A stretch of 64,000 nucleotides of DNA from Bacteroidaceae bacterium (GTDB lineage: Bacteria > Bacteroidota > Bacteroidia > Bacteroidales > Bacteroidaceae): NCBI GenBank assembly GCA_024401225.1, contig JAKSLM010000006.1:18350-82349 (forward strand), written 5' to 3'. The notes under the pieces are model-generated. The model did no database searches. It was not told where the DNA came from and saw nothing but the letters and a program-made list of their open reading frames with translations. Both the position numbers and the translations under genes were made by a program. Shown in pieces: positions 18,592 through 29,019 of the stretch; position 1 is the stretch's first letter; each line of letters opens with the position of its first letter.

Positions 18592-21012
18592 ATGAAAAAG
18601 TATTTGCTAAAGATTTGGAATGGCATTGTATATGCTAACAAGTGGTATGCAAGTCAATATAAAGGCGCTTGGTATCAGAGAGTCATAACTCCGATAGCAA
18701 CCGTCATCGTCACATTTTTCCTTTATCTTGGAGCTGTAGACATCAATTTCCTTGGTCTTTTTGGGCTCTCTCCATCGATGGATTGCATTCAGAATCCTAT
18801 CAGCAATGAGGCTTCCTACATCTACAGTTGTGACAACGATTCCGTGCCTATTGGCAAGTTCTTTAGTGAAAACCGTACTCCTGTAGCGTTCGAGAATATC
18901 TCACCTTATGTTATTGATGCGCTCATCAGTACAGAGGACGAACGTTTCTATCTCCATCATGGCATCGACTATCAGGGACTTTTTGCTGCGTTCAAGGATA
19001 TGGCTCATGGTAATGCACGTGGAGCCAGTACTATCACTCAGCAGCTTGTAAAGAACCTTTTCAAGGTGCGTTCGCAGTATAGCACAGGTCTTTTGGGTAG
19101 TATCCCTGGTCTTAAGATTCTCATCATGAAGTCGAAAGAGTGGGTAACAGCCATCAAGATTGAGAATATGTACAGCAAGAAGGACATCCTCACTCTGTAC
19201 CTCAATACCGTAGATTTCGGTTCAAACGCATTTGGTATTCGTACTGCTGCTAAAACTTATTTCAAGACTGAGCCTCAGAATCTTACTGCCGAACAGGCAG
19301 CTGTGCTCGTGGGTCTTCTCAAGGCTACTACGACTTACAATCCTAAGGTCAATCCAAAGAATAGTCTTGAACGTCGTAACGTAGTGCTTCACAATATGCT
19401 TAGCCATGGTAAGCTCACCAGTCAGGAGTGTGATTCTCTCTGCGCTTTACCTATTGACCTTAAGTTCAATGTGGAAAACAACTACGATGGAAAGGCTACT
19501 TATTTCCGTGAGGCTGTTCGTGAGGAACTGCGTCAATGGTGTAAGGACAATGATGTCGACCTCTATGGCGATGGACTTAAGATTTATACCACTCTTGACA
19601 GCAAGATGCAGGCATATGCAGAGTGGGCGGTTAACAAGCAGATGAAGCGCATTCAGACTTCGTTCAACGACCATTGGCGAGGCATGGCTCCTTGGCGTGA
19701 TGAGCGTGGACAGGAGATTAAGGGGTTCGTGGAGCGTATAGCTAAGCAGACTGCGGAATACAAATATCTTGACAAGAAGTTTGATGGTAATAAGGATTCT
19801 ATCGACTTCTACCTCAATCTCCCTCATAAGTGTAAACTCTTTGCATACGGCACAGGAGACAAGAACGGACTGGTTGAGAAGGAGTGGAGCACGCTCGACT
19901 CTATTCGTCACATGGTACGCTTTATGCATTGTGGATTCGTGGTAATGGAACCAGGAACTTCGCATGTAAAAGCATGGGTTGGTGACATCGACTTCGATTC
20001 GTGGAAGTATGATAAGGTGACATCTACTCGTCAACCAGGTAGTACGTTTAAGCTCTTTGTATATGCAGCCGCATTTGAGAATAACGATACTATAGATCCT
20101 GACTATAAGCTCACAGATGTAAACATTAATATCAAGGTGCCAGATCCAAACAATCCTGGCCGAACCAAGTATTGGCGTCCTCATAATGCTGATGGAGGAT
20201 ACTCCGGAGCTTGGATGCCTCTTAATGTGGCATTTGCAAAGTCAGTCAATACCGTTGCTGCAAAGCTTGGTCTCATTACTGGTGTTGATAAGGTTGCAGA
20301 TTTGGCACGCAAGATGGGTATTACCTCCAAGCTTGATGAGACTCCATCACTCTCGCTTGGTTCATCGGAGGTCAAGCTTCTAGACCTTGTAGATGCTTAT
20401 AGTTGTGTGATGAATGATGGTAAGCAACGCAAGCCTATCCTTGTCACAAAGATTGTGGATCGCAACGGCAAGGTAATCTACGATTGCGAGAAGGACGTTC
20501 CTGAAGCTAAGAAAGTGATGAAGTACCGTACTGCCTACTTCATGCAGCAACTCCTTTGGGGTGGCGTAAATCGTGGTGGAACATCATCTTCCCTTCGTTC
20601 TTATGTTCGCCATAACGACATAGAAATGGGTGGAAAGACAGGTACTTCCAGCAATCATTCTGATGCATGGTTTGTAGGTTGTACGCCTAATCTTGTTGGT
20701 GGTGCATGGGTAGGTGGTGAGTACCGCAGCATTCATTTCCGTACGGGTGCCCTTGGTCAGGGTGGTAAGACTGCACTTCCTGTGTTTGGCCTCTTCCTTG
20801 ATAAGGTTCTTTCCGATCCTGATCCACGCTTCAAGAAGTATCATGCCATGTATCCAAAGGCAAAGGAAGAGATTGTCAAGATACAGCAGAAGTACGAGTA
20901 CGTGGCACGTCGCGATACCGATAGCATCGATGTTGATGAACTATTGGAAAATCGTATCCTCGATGAGGACGATCTGCCAGGTGATGAGGAATCAATAGAC
21001 GATGAATTCTAA
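18592..21012 (+). CDS. mrcA: penicillin-binding protein 1A (bifunctional transglycosylase/transpeptidase)
   Basis: It has a TM anchor, GT51 motifs (EDERFYLHHGID, GASTITQQLVKN) and transpeptidase motifs STFK and KTGTS. ATG 18592 is preferred over the GTG at 18583. Confidence 0.9.
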   Translation: MKKYLLKIWNGIVYANKWYASQYKGAWYQRVITPIATVIVTFFLYLGAVDINFLGLFGLSPSMDCIQNPISNEASYIYSCDNDSVPIGKFFSENRTPVAFENISPYVIDALISTEDERFYLHHGIDYQGLFAAFKDMAHGNARGASTITQQLVKNLFKVRSQYSTGLLGSIPGLKILIMKSKEWVTAIKIENMYSKKDILTLYLNTVDFGSNAFGIRTAAKTYFKTEPQNLTAEQAAVLVGLLKATTTYNPKVNPKNSLERRNVVLHNMLSHGKLTSQECDSLCALPIDLKFNVENNYDGKATYFREAVREELRQWCKDNDVDLYGDGLKIYTTLDSKMQAYAEWAVNKQMKRIQTSFNDHWRGMAPWRDERGQEIKGFVERIAKQTAEYKYLDKKFDGNKDSIDFYLNLPHKCKLFAYGTGDKNGLVEKEWSTLDSIRHMVRFMHCGFVVMEPGTSHVKAWVGDIDFDSWKYDKVTSTRQPGSTFKLFVYAAAFENNDTIDPDYKLTDVNINIKVPDPNNPGRTKYWRPHNADGGYSGAWMPLNVAFAKSVNTVAAKLGLITGVDKVADLARKMGITSKLDETPSLSLGSSEVKLLDLVDAYSCVMNDGKQRKPILVTKIVDRNGKVIYDCEKDVPEAKKVMKYRTAYFMQQLLWGGVNRGGTSSSLRSYVRHNDIEMGGKTGTSSNHSDAWFVGCTPNLVGGAWVGGEYRSIHFRTGALGQGGKTALPVFGLFLDKVLSDPDPRFKKYHAMYPKAKEEIVKIQQKYEYVARRDTDSIDVDELLENRILDEDDLPGDEESIDDEF

Positions 21013-23039
21013 TGGAACAGGTTATTGACACGGAGAACCCTCAGTTCAAAAATGCCCTTAACCTGGTACAGTTCACATCTCAGAGCGTATTCCTGACAGG
21101 TAAGGCAGGTACGGGCAAGAGCACCTTCCTGCGCCACATCTGCTCTACCACAAAGAAGAAACATGTGGTTCTTGCACCTACGGGAATAGCAGCCATAAAT
21201 GCAGGAGGAAGCACCATGCATAGCTTCTTCCATCTTCCGTTCCATCCTCTTGTACCCGACGATAGTCGTTATTCTTCTCCAGGGCGCCTTAAGGAATTCC
21301 TTAAGTACAATAAAGAACATGTCAAGCTTATCAAGTCCATCGAACTGGTCATAATCGATGAGATTTCGATGGTGCGTGCCGATGTTATCGACTTCATCGA
21401 CCGCTTGCTTCGTGTCTATTCGGGCAATTTCCGCCAACCATTTGGAGGCAAGCAGATGCTTTTCGTTGGCGATGTGTTTCAGCTTGAGCCTGTCGTTACA
21501 CGCGATGAACGCGAAATTCTTGAGAAGTTCTACGAGACTCCCCATTTCTTCTCTGCACGTGTGTTCAAGGAGATGCAGCTTGTCAGCATAGAGCTTACCA
21601 AAGTCTATCGCCAGACGGATTCCGCATTTATAAATGTGCTCGACCATGTGCGCAACAATACCGTGACTCCGCTCGAACTCGATTTGCTCAATACTTGCGT
21701 CGGGCAGGATGTAAGTTCGGAGAATGGACTATTTGTCACTCTTGCAACGCGTCGTGATGTGGTTGATTCCATCAATCAGAAGAATCTCAACGATATTGAA
21801 GGCGATCCTGTACACTTCCATGGTGAAATAAAAGGTGAATTTCCTGAGACCTCCCTTCCTACGCTTCTCGATTTGGAATTGAAAGTTGGTGCGCAGATTA
21901 TCTTCATCAAAAATGATCAGGACAAGCGTTTTGTAAATGGAACCATAGGCACCATTATCGGTATAGATTTAGAGGAGGGTAAGTATCTCACCATCCTTAC
22001 CGATGAAGGCAAGGAACTGGATGTGGAGCGTGCTCTCTGGGCTAATGTACATTATACTTACAACGAACAGGAGAAGAAGATTGAAGAACATGAACTTGGC
22101 ACTTTCACCCAGTTTCCCGTTCGCTTGGCATGGGCCATTACTATCCACAAGAGTCAAGGCCTGACCTTTAGTCGTGTTGCCCTCGACTTCACCGGAGGTG
22201 TATTTGCTGGCGGAATGACCTACGTTGCGCTCAGCCGTTGCCGAAGCCTTGATGGTCTCCAACTCAAGAGTGAGATAGGCATGAAAGACGTGTTTGTAAA
22301 TCCTTCCATTGTGCAGTTCTCACAACAGTTCAATAATCAGAAGGCTGTCGACCTCGCTCTCAAGCGTGCAGGGGCAGATATCGAATATCATGAAGCCGTA
22401 AAGGCATTCGATCGTGCCGACATGAACGAAGCACTCATTCACTTCTTCAAGGCCATCCATATGCGCTACGATATTGAGAAACCATGGGCGTGGCGTTATC
22501 TGCGTCGCAAGCTCAGCATAGTCAATATTCTGCACCAGGAGATAGAATCGCTCAAGCAACAGCTTCAAGACAGCAAAGCCATGCTAGAGGAGAAACAACT
22601 AACGATGGATACCTATGCCGAAGAATACTATCTTATGGCGCAGGAATGTCTAGACATGAACGAACCGCAATCGGCCATCAAGAACTACGATAAGGCTATA
22701 GCCATGAATCCGCGCCATGTTGATGCTTATGTCATGAAGGCGCAGACACTTCTTTCTCTTGGTCGTCTTCGCGATGCCTTGGCTTCCATCAACGATGCTC
22801 TCGACATCATTCCAACCCACTTCAAGGGCCTCTATACTCGTGCTAAGATCTTCTACCGCATGGAGGACTACGAACAAGCTGCCAACGATCTCAACCGTTG
22901 CACAAGCATCAAGAAGGATAGCATCCCTGCACACCAGCTCTATGGCGATGTACTCGAACAGCTATCCGACCTTGATGGAGCCGCAATTCATTGGGCTATA
23001 GCAGAGCGTTTGAAGAAGAATAAGAAACGAAAAATATAA
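21012..23039 (+). CDS. Pif1/RecD-family helicase with C-terminal TPR repeats
   Basis: It has Walker A GKAGTGKST, Walker B IIDEISMV and the C-proximal motif AWAITIHKSQGLTF. The last roughly 200 aa are TPR-like (AIKNYDKAIAMNPRHVDAY...). The start overlaps the PBP1A stop (TAATG). Confidence 0.8.
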   Translation: MEQVIDTENPQFKNALNLVQFTSQSVFLTGKAGTGKSTFLRHICSTTKKKHVVLAPTGIAAINAGGSTMHSFFHLPFHPLVPDDSRYSSPGRLKEFLKYNKEHVKLIKSIELVIIDEISMVRADVIDFIDRLLRVYSGNFRQPFGGKQMLFVGDVFQLEPVVTRDEREILEKFYETPHFFSARVFKEMQLVSIELTKVYRQTDSAFINVLDHVRNNTVTPLELDLLNTCVGQDVSSENGLFVTLATRRDVVDSINQKNLNDIEGDPVHFHGEIKGEFPETSLPTLLDLELKVGAQIIFIKNDQDKRFVNGTIGTIIGIDLEEGKYLTILTDEGKELDVERALWANVHYTYNEQEKKIEEHELGTFTQFPVRLAWAITIHKSQGLTFSRVALDFTGGVFAGGMTYVALSRCRSLDGLQLKSEIGMKDVFVNPSIVQFSQQFNNQKAVDLALKRAGADIEYHEAVKAFDRADMNEALIHFFKAIHMRYDIEKPWAWRYLRRKLSIVNILHQEIESLKQQLQDSKAMLEEKQLTMDTYAEEYYLMAQECLDMNEPQSAIKNYDKAIAMNPRHVDAYVMKAQTLLSLGRLRDALASINDALDIIPTHFKGLYTRAKIFYRMEDYEQAANDLNRCTSIKKDSIPAHQLYGDVLEQLSDLDGAAIHWAIAERLKKNKKRKI

Positions 23040-23064
23040 GGTTACTGATCAGGGTCAGTAACCT
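23037..23064. terminator. hairpin between the convergent helicase and mlaD-like genes
   Basis: The sequence is aaggttactga-tcaggg-tcagtaacctt, an 11-bp stem that overlaps the helicase stop codon. Confidence 0.6.
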
Positions 23065-23097
23065 TATATTTTATGTTGTGAGGGGATGTGGATGCAA

Positions 23098-24000
23098 TTA
23101 TTTTTCCTTGCGTCCGAAGACGGAGATGTTGACGTAGCGCTTTGGATGTAGACGAATGTCTTCGAGAAGGAGTGAAGCATTTACGATGGTGGAATCAATG
23201 CGGAGCGCTATTGAGTTGTCGTTGAGCAACATGCCGAGTGAGTTGTTCTTGCTCTGGAGCGACTGATTAAGCTGCTGAGTGATGCTGTTGGCGTTGGAAA
23301 GGGCGCTGTTGGCATTGCTTGCTAAGCCTTCAACATCGAGTGCTACGAGTTTGTTAGTGAGGGACTCAACATTGCCCAGGGTTGTGTTGGCACGAGCCAT
23401 GAGCGATGGTACATCCTTGCCGAGAAGGCGATTGATGTCGGTGGTTGTGGTCTTGAGGTTGCTGGTGATGCCTTCAAGGTTGTTGAGCGAAGCTGTGAGG
23501 GCTGGTTGGTTGACAAGGGTGTTGACCGCCGAGAGGATGGAGTCGAGCTTTGGCAAGAGGGCCTGTATCTGTGGCACCATTTCGCCAACGGAGTTCATGA
23601 GGTCGCCACCTGTCGATCCTATCATCTTACCACCTGGGGCAAGGGTAGGGGCGTCGGCTGGTCCGAGCTTGAGGTTCATACGTGGCGAACCGAGCATTTC
23701 CTTTGTGGTAAATACTGTGGTTCCCTCAGGGATTCGGAAGTCAGGATGTACGCTGATGGCTACAAGCATGCTCTGTGTCTCCTGGTTGTAGCTTATGTTG
23801 TCTATTTGTCCTACCTGCATACCGTTGGCAAGAACGTGCCCAGCTATGGAGAGTCCGTTGACATTGTCCATCTCTACATAGTATGTTGTGTCGTTGTTGA
23901 AGAGTTTCATGCCCTTCAGAAATATCATGCCTACGTATATTATGGCTACCGCGAGGATTGCCACGAGACCGATTCGTATTTCCTTTGTAAAGTATTTCAT
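23098..24000 (-). CDS. MlaD/MCE-family protein
   Basis: It has an N-terminal TM helix, an MCE domain (YYVEMDNVNGLSIAGHVLANGMQVGQI) and a long helical tail. Confidence 0.8.
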   Translation of the reverse strand: MKYFTKEIRIGLVAILAVAIIYVGMIFLKGMKLFNNDTTYYVEMDNVNGLSIAGHVLANGMQVGQIDNISYNQETQSMLVAISVHPDFRIPEGTTVFTTKEMLGSPRMNLKLGPADAPTLAPGGKMIGSTGGDLMNSVGEMVPQIQALLPKLDSILSAVNTLVNQPALTASLNNLEGITSNLKTTTTDINRLLGKDVPSLMARANTTLGNVESLTNKLVALDVEGLASNANSALSNANSITQQLNQSLQSKNNSLGMLLNDNSIALRIDSTIVNASLLLEDIRLHPKRYVNISVFGRKEK

Positions 24001-24029
24001 ACGCTATGTAAGGTTTGTGAATAATTCTT

Positions 24030-24797
24030 TTATTTTTTTGTTTTTCTGTAGCTTACGATGGCGTTGTAGATGCTGCGCGCCAGTTTGTTGCGACCGTCGG
24101 TGGTCATGAGATATTGTTCCTCTGATGGTGTGGAAATGTAGCCCACCTCGAGCAGTACGCTTGGCATATATGTGAGGCGTAATACGGCAAGGTTGGCTTG
24201 CTGGACACCCATGTTGTTTCGACCTGCTGTGCGTATCATTTCGTTTTGTGCCATCTTGGCGAAACTTACACTTTCACGCATGTGTATGTCCTGCATGAGT
24301 TCGAACATGATCTCCGCTTCGGCAGTATCATTGTACTTGTACTTTGATTGAGCGCCGCTGCTCTCCAGCTGAATTACGGAGTTTTCTCGCTTCTCAACTT
24401 CCAGATTGACATCGGCTGTGCGTAGAGTAAGTGTGTATGATTGTACTCCGGTAGCTTTGCGTGAGGTTTTTGGAAGGGCGTTGGTATGTACCGAAACGAA
24501 AAGGTCGGCATTGAGATTGTTGGCTATTTCTGCACGGCGTCCCAACTCAACGAAGATGTCGGTTTGTCGGGTGTAGTGCACCTCAATATCCGATTGATTG
24601 GCTGCGAGCAGACGACCTATCTCCTTGACTATGGCAAGGTTGATGTCCTTCTCTCGGTTAGTTTTAACCGAACCTACAGCACCAGGATCCTTGCCTCCAT
24701 GTCCAGCATCAAGGACTACCTTGAATTTTTGGGCTGATGAAGCAAGGGTCGTTAGCATGAGCAACGCTAAGAGTAGTATTCTTTTTATTTTTATCAT
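24030..24797 (-). CDS. N-acetylmuramoyl-L-alanine amidase (Amidase_3)
   Basis: It has a signal peptide and the motifs VVLDAGHGGKDPGA and FVSVHTNA, with a conserved glutamate-containing C-terminal half. Confidence 0.88.
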   Translation of the reverse strand: MIKIKRILLLALLMLTTLASSAQKFKVVLDAGHGGKDPGAVGSVKTNREKDINLAIVKEIGRLLAANQSDIEVHYTRQTDIFVELGRRAEIANNLNADLFVSVHTNALPKTSRKATGVQSYTLTLRTADVNLEVEKRENSVIQLESSGAQSKYKYNDTAEAEIMFELMQDIHMRESVSFAKMAQNEMIRTAGRNNMGVQQANLAVLRLTYMPSVLLEVGYISTPSEEQYLMTTDGRNKLARSIYNAIVSYRKTKK

Positions 24798-24809
24798 ATA
24801 TGTTAGTGT

Positions 24810-25628
24810 CTATTGTGTTTCTAACCAATTGTCTATAAGTTTGCGAGCAATCGAAAGCTTGTCAGGAATAGGTGGCAGATTGTTGCGTGAGAACCAGCCG
24901 GCACGTCGCAATTCCTCTTCTTGAAGCTTAATCTCGCCGCTCTCATAGTCGGCCGTAAAGCCTATCATGATGCCGCATGGGTATGGCCATGCTTGCGAGT
25001 CGAAGTAGCGTATGTTTGTGACTTGTAGGTTTGTTTCTTCCTTGAGTTCGCGGCGTACGCACTCCTCGAGCGTTTCGCCAGTCTCCACAAATCCTGCCAC
25101 GAGTCCGTACATCTCGCTGCGCCGGAACGTCTTTGCATTGACAAGAAGTATCTGCTCCGGTTCCACCTCTTGTCCTTGTTCATCGAGTACGGCGGCTTTG
25201 CGAACGCGTACTATGATGGCTGGAGCTACCTGAGGCCACACTTCCTTGCCGCAGTTGGTACAGGTCTTGCTGATGATGGTGCTGCGCTTCATCGGTGCTC
25301 CGCATACGCCACAATAGCGTGTGTTTGTGTCCCAGAATAGGAGTTCGCTCGCTTTGCCTGCCATATTGTAAAATGCAAACGGGAGTTTTGTGAACGACTC
25401 GCGCAATCCTACGGTGACAAATTCATTGTCGGCAGGAGGTATGCTAACGGCGTATGCACGTGCAGGATGACCTTCGATATCGGGAAGCTCCTGAATGGTG
25501 GTCCACTCCTTGAGAGGGGTTGGCGCATCGATGGATAATGGTACGGAATAAGTGCCATCGGAATCCTTGCGAAGTAGGACGCATCCGCTGCAAATCACGA
25601 ACCAATATGTGGACTGTCTTTCCTGCAT
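24810..25628 (-). CDS. nudC: NAD(+) diphosphatase
   Basis: It has a zinc ribbon (CGVCGAPM...CTNCGK) followed by the Nudix box GFVETGETLEECVRRELKEET. Confidence 0.85.
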   Translation of the reverse strand: MQERQSTYWFVICSGCVLLRKDSDGTYSVPLSIDAPTPLKEWTTIQELPDIEGHPARAYAVSIPPADNEFVTVGLRESFTKLPFAFYNMAGKASELLFWDTNTRYCGVCGAPMKRSTIISKTCTNCGKEVWPQVAPAIIVRVRKAAVLDEQGQEVEPEQILLVNAKTFRRSEMYGLVAGFVETGETLEECVRRELKEETNLQVTNIRYFDSQAWPYPCGIMIGFTADYESGEIKLQEEELRRAGWFSRNNLPPIPDKLSIARKLIDNWLETQ

Positions 25629-25666
25629 TTTACGCTATAATTATACGATATACTTCATTTAGTTTG

Positions 25667-25674
25667 CAAATTTA
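25667..25674 (-). promoter_or_regulatory. -7 box TAAATTTG upstream of nudC
   Basis: The plus strand reads caaattta, 39 nt upstream of the ATG. Confidence 0.45.
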
Positions 25675-25769
25675 CGGAAAATTTGCGATAAATCGTTTTC
25701 AAAATGTCCTTAAAATCCTTAAAAAAGTTAAGACTTTCGTTCTTTATTGCAAATATGAACCAAAAAGTC

Positions 25770-25777
25770 TATTTTTG
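25770..25777 (+). promoter_or_regulatory. -7 box TATTTTTG upstream of the GH25 gene
   Basis: It matches the consensus and lies 37 nt upstream of the ATG at 25814. Confidence 0.45.
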
Positions 25778-25813
25778 CAAAACATTTTGGAACATTTTGC
25801 ACATTAATATTCG

Positions 25814-26626
25814 ATGAATCGTATCCTATTATATATTTTTATCCTTGTCTCGTTTGTACTGAGATCGCCTGCGATGTGGGCTGGCAATGATGTGAAGGGA
25901 GACAAGAAAAAAAAGGAGGTTGTGACAGGATTGGTTGAACCTGACCCTATTGCGCATAAAGCGAAGCCTGACCGAGTGCCAAGAGAACTGAAACAGCCAC
26001 GCCTGTCGTATGTCGTGGAAAAGTATGGTGTGGAAGGCTTTGATATGAGTCATTATCAAGGCCGTATAGATTGGGAGGCTGTTGCTACCGATCCTAAAGC
26101 TGGATATATTTACTTGAAGGCTACGGAAGGTAACAATATTGTAGATAATACGTATACTTACAATCTCAGTATGGCACGAAATGCCGGACTGAAGGTGGGT
26201 AGTTACCACTTCTTCCGCGGACAGATATCGGCACGTGAGCAGTTCCGCAATTTTTCCAATACCGTAGACCGTTCAAAGCAGGACATTTTACCCTTGATTG
26301 ATGTGGAAACCATGCCCAATAACGTGAACAAGAGTAAATTTGATGCTACGTTGCTGGAGTTCCTTCGCCTTGTAGAGAAAGAGTATGGCAAGAAACCTAT
26401 TATTTATACGGGTAAAAACTTCTACGAAAAGCATTTCAAAGGCACGGTTTTCGCAAACTATAAGTTCATGATTGCCGCCTATATAGATCAGCAACCGGTA
26501 TTGTCGGATGGAAATGATTTCATAATGTGGCAATATACTTCAAGCGGACGAGCAAACGGAGTAAGAGGTCACGTTGATGTGAGCAAGTTTGTGAATGGAC
26601 ATTCGCTTCATGAGATATTATACTAA
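25814..26626 (+). CDS. glycoside hydrolase family 25 muramidase
   Basis: It has a signal peptide and the motifs GFDMSHYQGRIDW, YLKATEG, GSYHFF and MWQYTS, as in GH25 lysozymes. Confidence 0.85.
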   Translation: MNRILLYIFILVSFVLRSPAMWAGNDVKGDKKKKEVVTGLVEPDPIAHKAKPDRVPRELKQPRLSYVVEKYGVEGFDMSHYQGRIDWEAVATDPKAGYIYLKATEGNNIVDNTYTYNLSMARNAGLKVGSYHFFRGQISAREQFRNFSNTVDRSKQDILPLIDVETMPNNVNKSKFDATLLEFLRLVEKEYGKKPIIYTGKNFYEKHFKGTVFANYKFMIAAYIDQQPVLSDGNDFIMWQYTSSGRANGVRGHVDVSKFVNGHSLHEILY

Positions 26627-26697
26627 GTATTACAAGTTGAGACATGCAGAAACACTTGTATTATCCATTTCTATAACAAAACAATAGAATCGTATGA

Positions 26698-26736
26698 CTG
26701 ACAGATGAACAAATGTGTTTGTCTGTCTGTTTTTTA
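26698..26736 (+). terminator. imperfect hairpin plus T-run downstream of the GH25 gene
   Basis: The sequence is ctgacagatgaacaaatgtgtttgtctgtctg followed by tttttt. The stem contains an internal mismatch. Confidence 0.45.
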
Positions 26737-27031
26737 TATCAAAAAAATGGGCTACCCCGGTGCTCACGCACAAGAATAGCCACAACACAAACACAAAATA
26801 AAACACGACAAATTATTATTTATTCATCACTCATAAGAGAAATGAGTCCATAATTATATCTAGATAGAATATGCCAAACGACTTGGCATTTCTTTTATAG
26901 TCGGTTGATATATTTAATATTTAGTTTATGATTTGTGCAAATGTACGGGTTATTTTCGTATCTACAAATATTTTTGCATAATATTTTGCAAAATAACTGA
27001 ATTTTCTTTTGATTTTTGTCAAAATTGATGT

Positions 27032-27067
27032 AAAAAACACCACATGAGACGATTTCATGTGGTGTTT
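27032..27067 (-). terminator. intrinsic terminator of grpE-dnaJ
   Basis: The minus strand reads AAACACCACATGA-aatcgtc-TCATGTGGTGTTT followed by TTTTT. It lies 30 nt after the dnaJ stop. Confidence 0.75.
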
Positions 27068-27096
27068 ATTGACTGTATAGAGAACGTGTAAATTTA

Positions 27097-28272
27097 TTAT
27101 CGATTGAACAATGCTCTAAAGTTTCTGAAGATTTTTTCCTTCAAACTCAAAGACGGCTTGAAATTGTCAGATGATGCCATCTTTTCCATCGTTTCCTTCT
27201 CATCCTTCGAAAGTTTCTCTGGGATGTAGACGCTGATGTTGATGAGCTGATCGCCGACTGAAGGCTCGCCGTAGGAACGGTTGATGTTTGGCACACCTTT
27301 GCCACGGAAGCGAAGTACCGTGCCAGGCTGAGTACCTGCATCGATTTTGAATTTTGACTTGCCAGCTACGGTAGGAACCTCAACCTCGCATCCGAGTGCT
27401 GCCTGAGGTACAGAGATGAGAAGGTTGTATACGATGTTGAGTCCGTCGCGCATGAGTTCTTCGTGTGGCTTCTCCTGGATGATGATAAGGAGATTTCCAT
27501 TCTCGCCATTCATCGGACCAGCATTTCCCTTACCTTCCACATTGACAGTCATACCATCAACAAGACCAGCAGGGAACTTTACCTCAACTACTTCCTCGCC
27601 TTGCTCAACGCCGGTGCCCTTACAGCAATGGCATTTGTTCTTGATGATCTTACCCTGGCCCTGACAACTTGGACAGACGCTCTGCTGCTGCATGAGTCCG
27701 AATAGCGACTGGCGGCGTGTGACGATGAAACCGCGTCCCTGACATTGTGAACACGTCTCTGTTTGTCCATCCTCAGAGCCACTTCCCTTACAATGGTGAC
27801 ATACTACGTCTTTCTTTATCTTAAACTTCTTGGTAGTACCATTGACTATCTCGTTGAGGTCAAGCTCTACCTTACGGCGAAGGTCGTTGCCACGGTAGCG
27901 TGGTCGTGAATAACCACCACCTCCTCCTCCAAATCCGGAATCGAAACCATCTCCGAAGATGTCGGAAAAGCCGTGGAAGCTACCGAAGATGCTGCTGAAG
28001 ATGTCCTCTGCGCTTGCACCATTGAAACCTCCGAATCCGCCTGCACCATTTACGCCTTCCGGACCGAACTGGTCGTATCGCTGGCGCTTTTGAGGGTCAC
28101 GGAGCACATCGTATGCCTCAGCTACCTCCTTGAACTTCTCCTCTGCATCCTTATCACCAGGATTGCGGTCAGGGTGGTATTTGACAGCGAGTTTACGATA
28201 CGCTTTCTTTATCTGTTCGTCTGTTGCGTTTTTTTCGACGCCCAGAACTTCATAGTAATCTTTCTTTGCCAT
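27097..28272 (-). CDS. dnaJ: molecular chaperone DnaJ
   Basis: It has a J domain with HPD, a G/F-rich region and four CxxCxGxG zinc motifs. Confidence 0.97.
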   Translation of the reverse strand: MAKKDYYEVLGVEKNATDEQIKKAYRKLAVKYHPDRNPGDKDAEEKFKEVAEAYDVLRDPQKRQRYDQFGPEGVNGAGGFGGFNGASAEDIFSSIFGSFHGFSDIFGDGFDSGFGGGGGGYSRPRYRGNDLRRKVELDLNEIVNGTTKKFKIKKDVVCHHCKGSGSEDGQTETCSQCQGRGFIVTRRQSLFGLMQQQSVCPSCQGQGKIIKNKCHCCKGTGVEQGEEVVEVKFPAGLVDGMTVNVEGKGNAGPMNGENGNLLIIIQEKPHEELMRDGLNIVYNLLISVPQAALGCEVEVPTVAGKSKFKIDAGTQPGTVLRFRGKGVPNINRSYGEPSVGDQLINISVYIPEKLSKDEKETMEKMASSDNFKPSLSLKEKIFRNFRALFNR

Positions 28273-28316
28273 AAATAATAATAACCTTTAAGGATCAATG
28301 CGATGTTTTTTGACCT

Positions 28317-28913
28317 TCACTGGGCTACAGCCACCTTACTGTGGCGTATCACTTTGTCGTGCATCATATATCCAGCCTGTACGCAGTCCATCACCTTGTT
28401 TTTCATTTCTTCAGGTTGTCCTGGTACCATTGCTATTGCCTCATGATAGTCGGTGTCAAATTCTTTGCCGATGCAGTCAATCTTCTGGAGTCCTTCGGTA
28501 GCAAGCTGCTTGAGGAACTTGTCGATGATAAGCATTACGCCTTCCTTGACAGCTGCCACGTCCTCTGCCTTGTCCATCATCTGTTCGGCACGCTCGAAGT
28601 CGTCGATGATAGGGAGTATGGCTTTCATCACGTTTTCGCCACCCACCTTGATGAGCTCAGCCTTTTCCTTGATGACGCGCTTGCGGAAATTGTCAAATTC
28701 TGCAGCCTTGTAGAGAGCTTCGTTCTTCAGTTCCTCGATCTTTGCAAGTGCAGCTTCAAGCTGTTCTTCGACCGTTGGTTCTGCCACCTCTTCGGTGGTC
28801 TCTTCTGCATTCTCTACGTTGTCTGCCTCTACTGTATTCTCTGAGTTGTTAGCCTGAACATCATTCAAAGTTTCGGCTTTCATTTCTTCTACGTTTTCTT
28901 TATTTTCGCTCAT
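28317..28913 (-). CDS. grpE: nucleotide exchange factor GrpE
   Basis: It has an acidic N-terminus, a long helix and a C-terminal beta domain (MDCVQAGYMMHDKVIRHSKVAV). It lies immediately upstream of dnaJ. Confidence 0.95.
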   Translation of the reverse strand: MSENKENVEEMKAETLNDVQANNSENTVEADNVENAEETTEEVAEPTVEEQLEAALAKIEELKNEALYKAAEFDNFRKRVIKEKAELIKVGGENVMKAILPIIDDFERAEQMMDKAEDVAAVKEGVMLIIDKFLKQLATEGLQKIDCIGKEFDTDYHEAIAMVPGQPEEMKNKVMDCVQAGYMMHDKVIRHSKVAVAQ

Positions 28914-28948
28914 AATCTTAGTGTATTAATTTGCCTTTTTGTTATTAC

Positions 28949-28984
28949 AAAAAAGATGCCAGCACGTAGATGTGCTGACATCTT
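28949..28984 (-). terminator. intrinsic terminator after lysA
   Basis: The minus strand reads AAGATGTCAGCAC-atctac-GTGCTGGCATCTT followed by TTTTTT. Confidence 0.75.
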
Positions 28985-29019
28985 ATGACAATGTGTCGCA
29001 AAAGCGTGATATCTTGTCT

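Noticed and set aside
26640-27096. Possible ncRNA in the 450-bp GH25-dnaJ intergenic region (small hairpins at about 26869-26890; CA-rich tract 26780-26815)
   Set aside because: I could recognise only terminator-type hairpins and low-complexity sequence. I saw no conserved ncRNA signature (tmRNA, RNase P, SRP, 6S).
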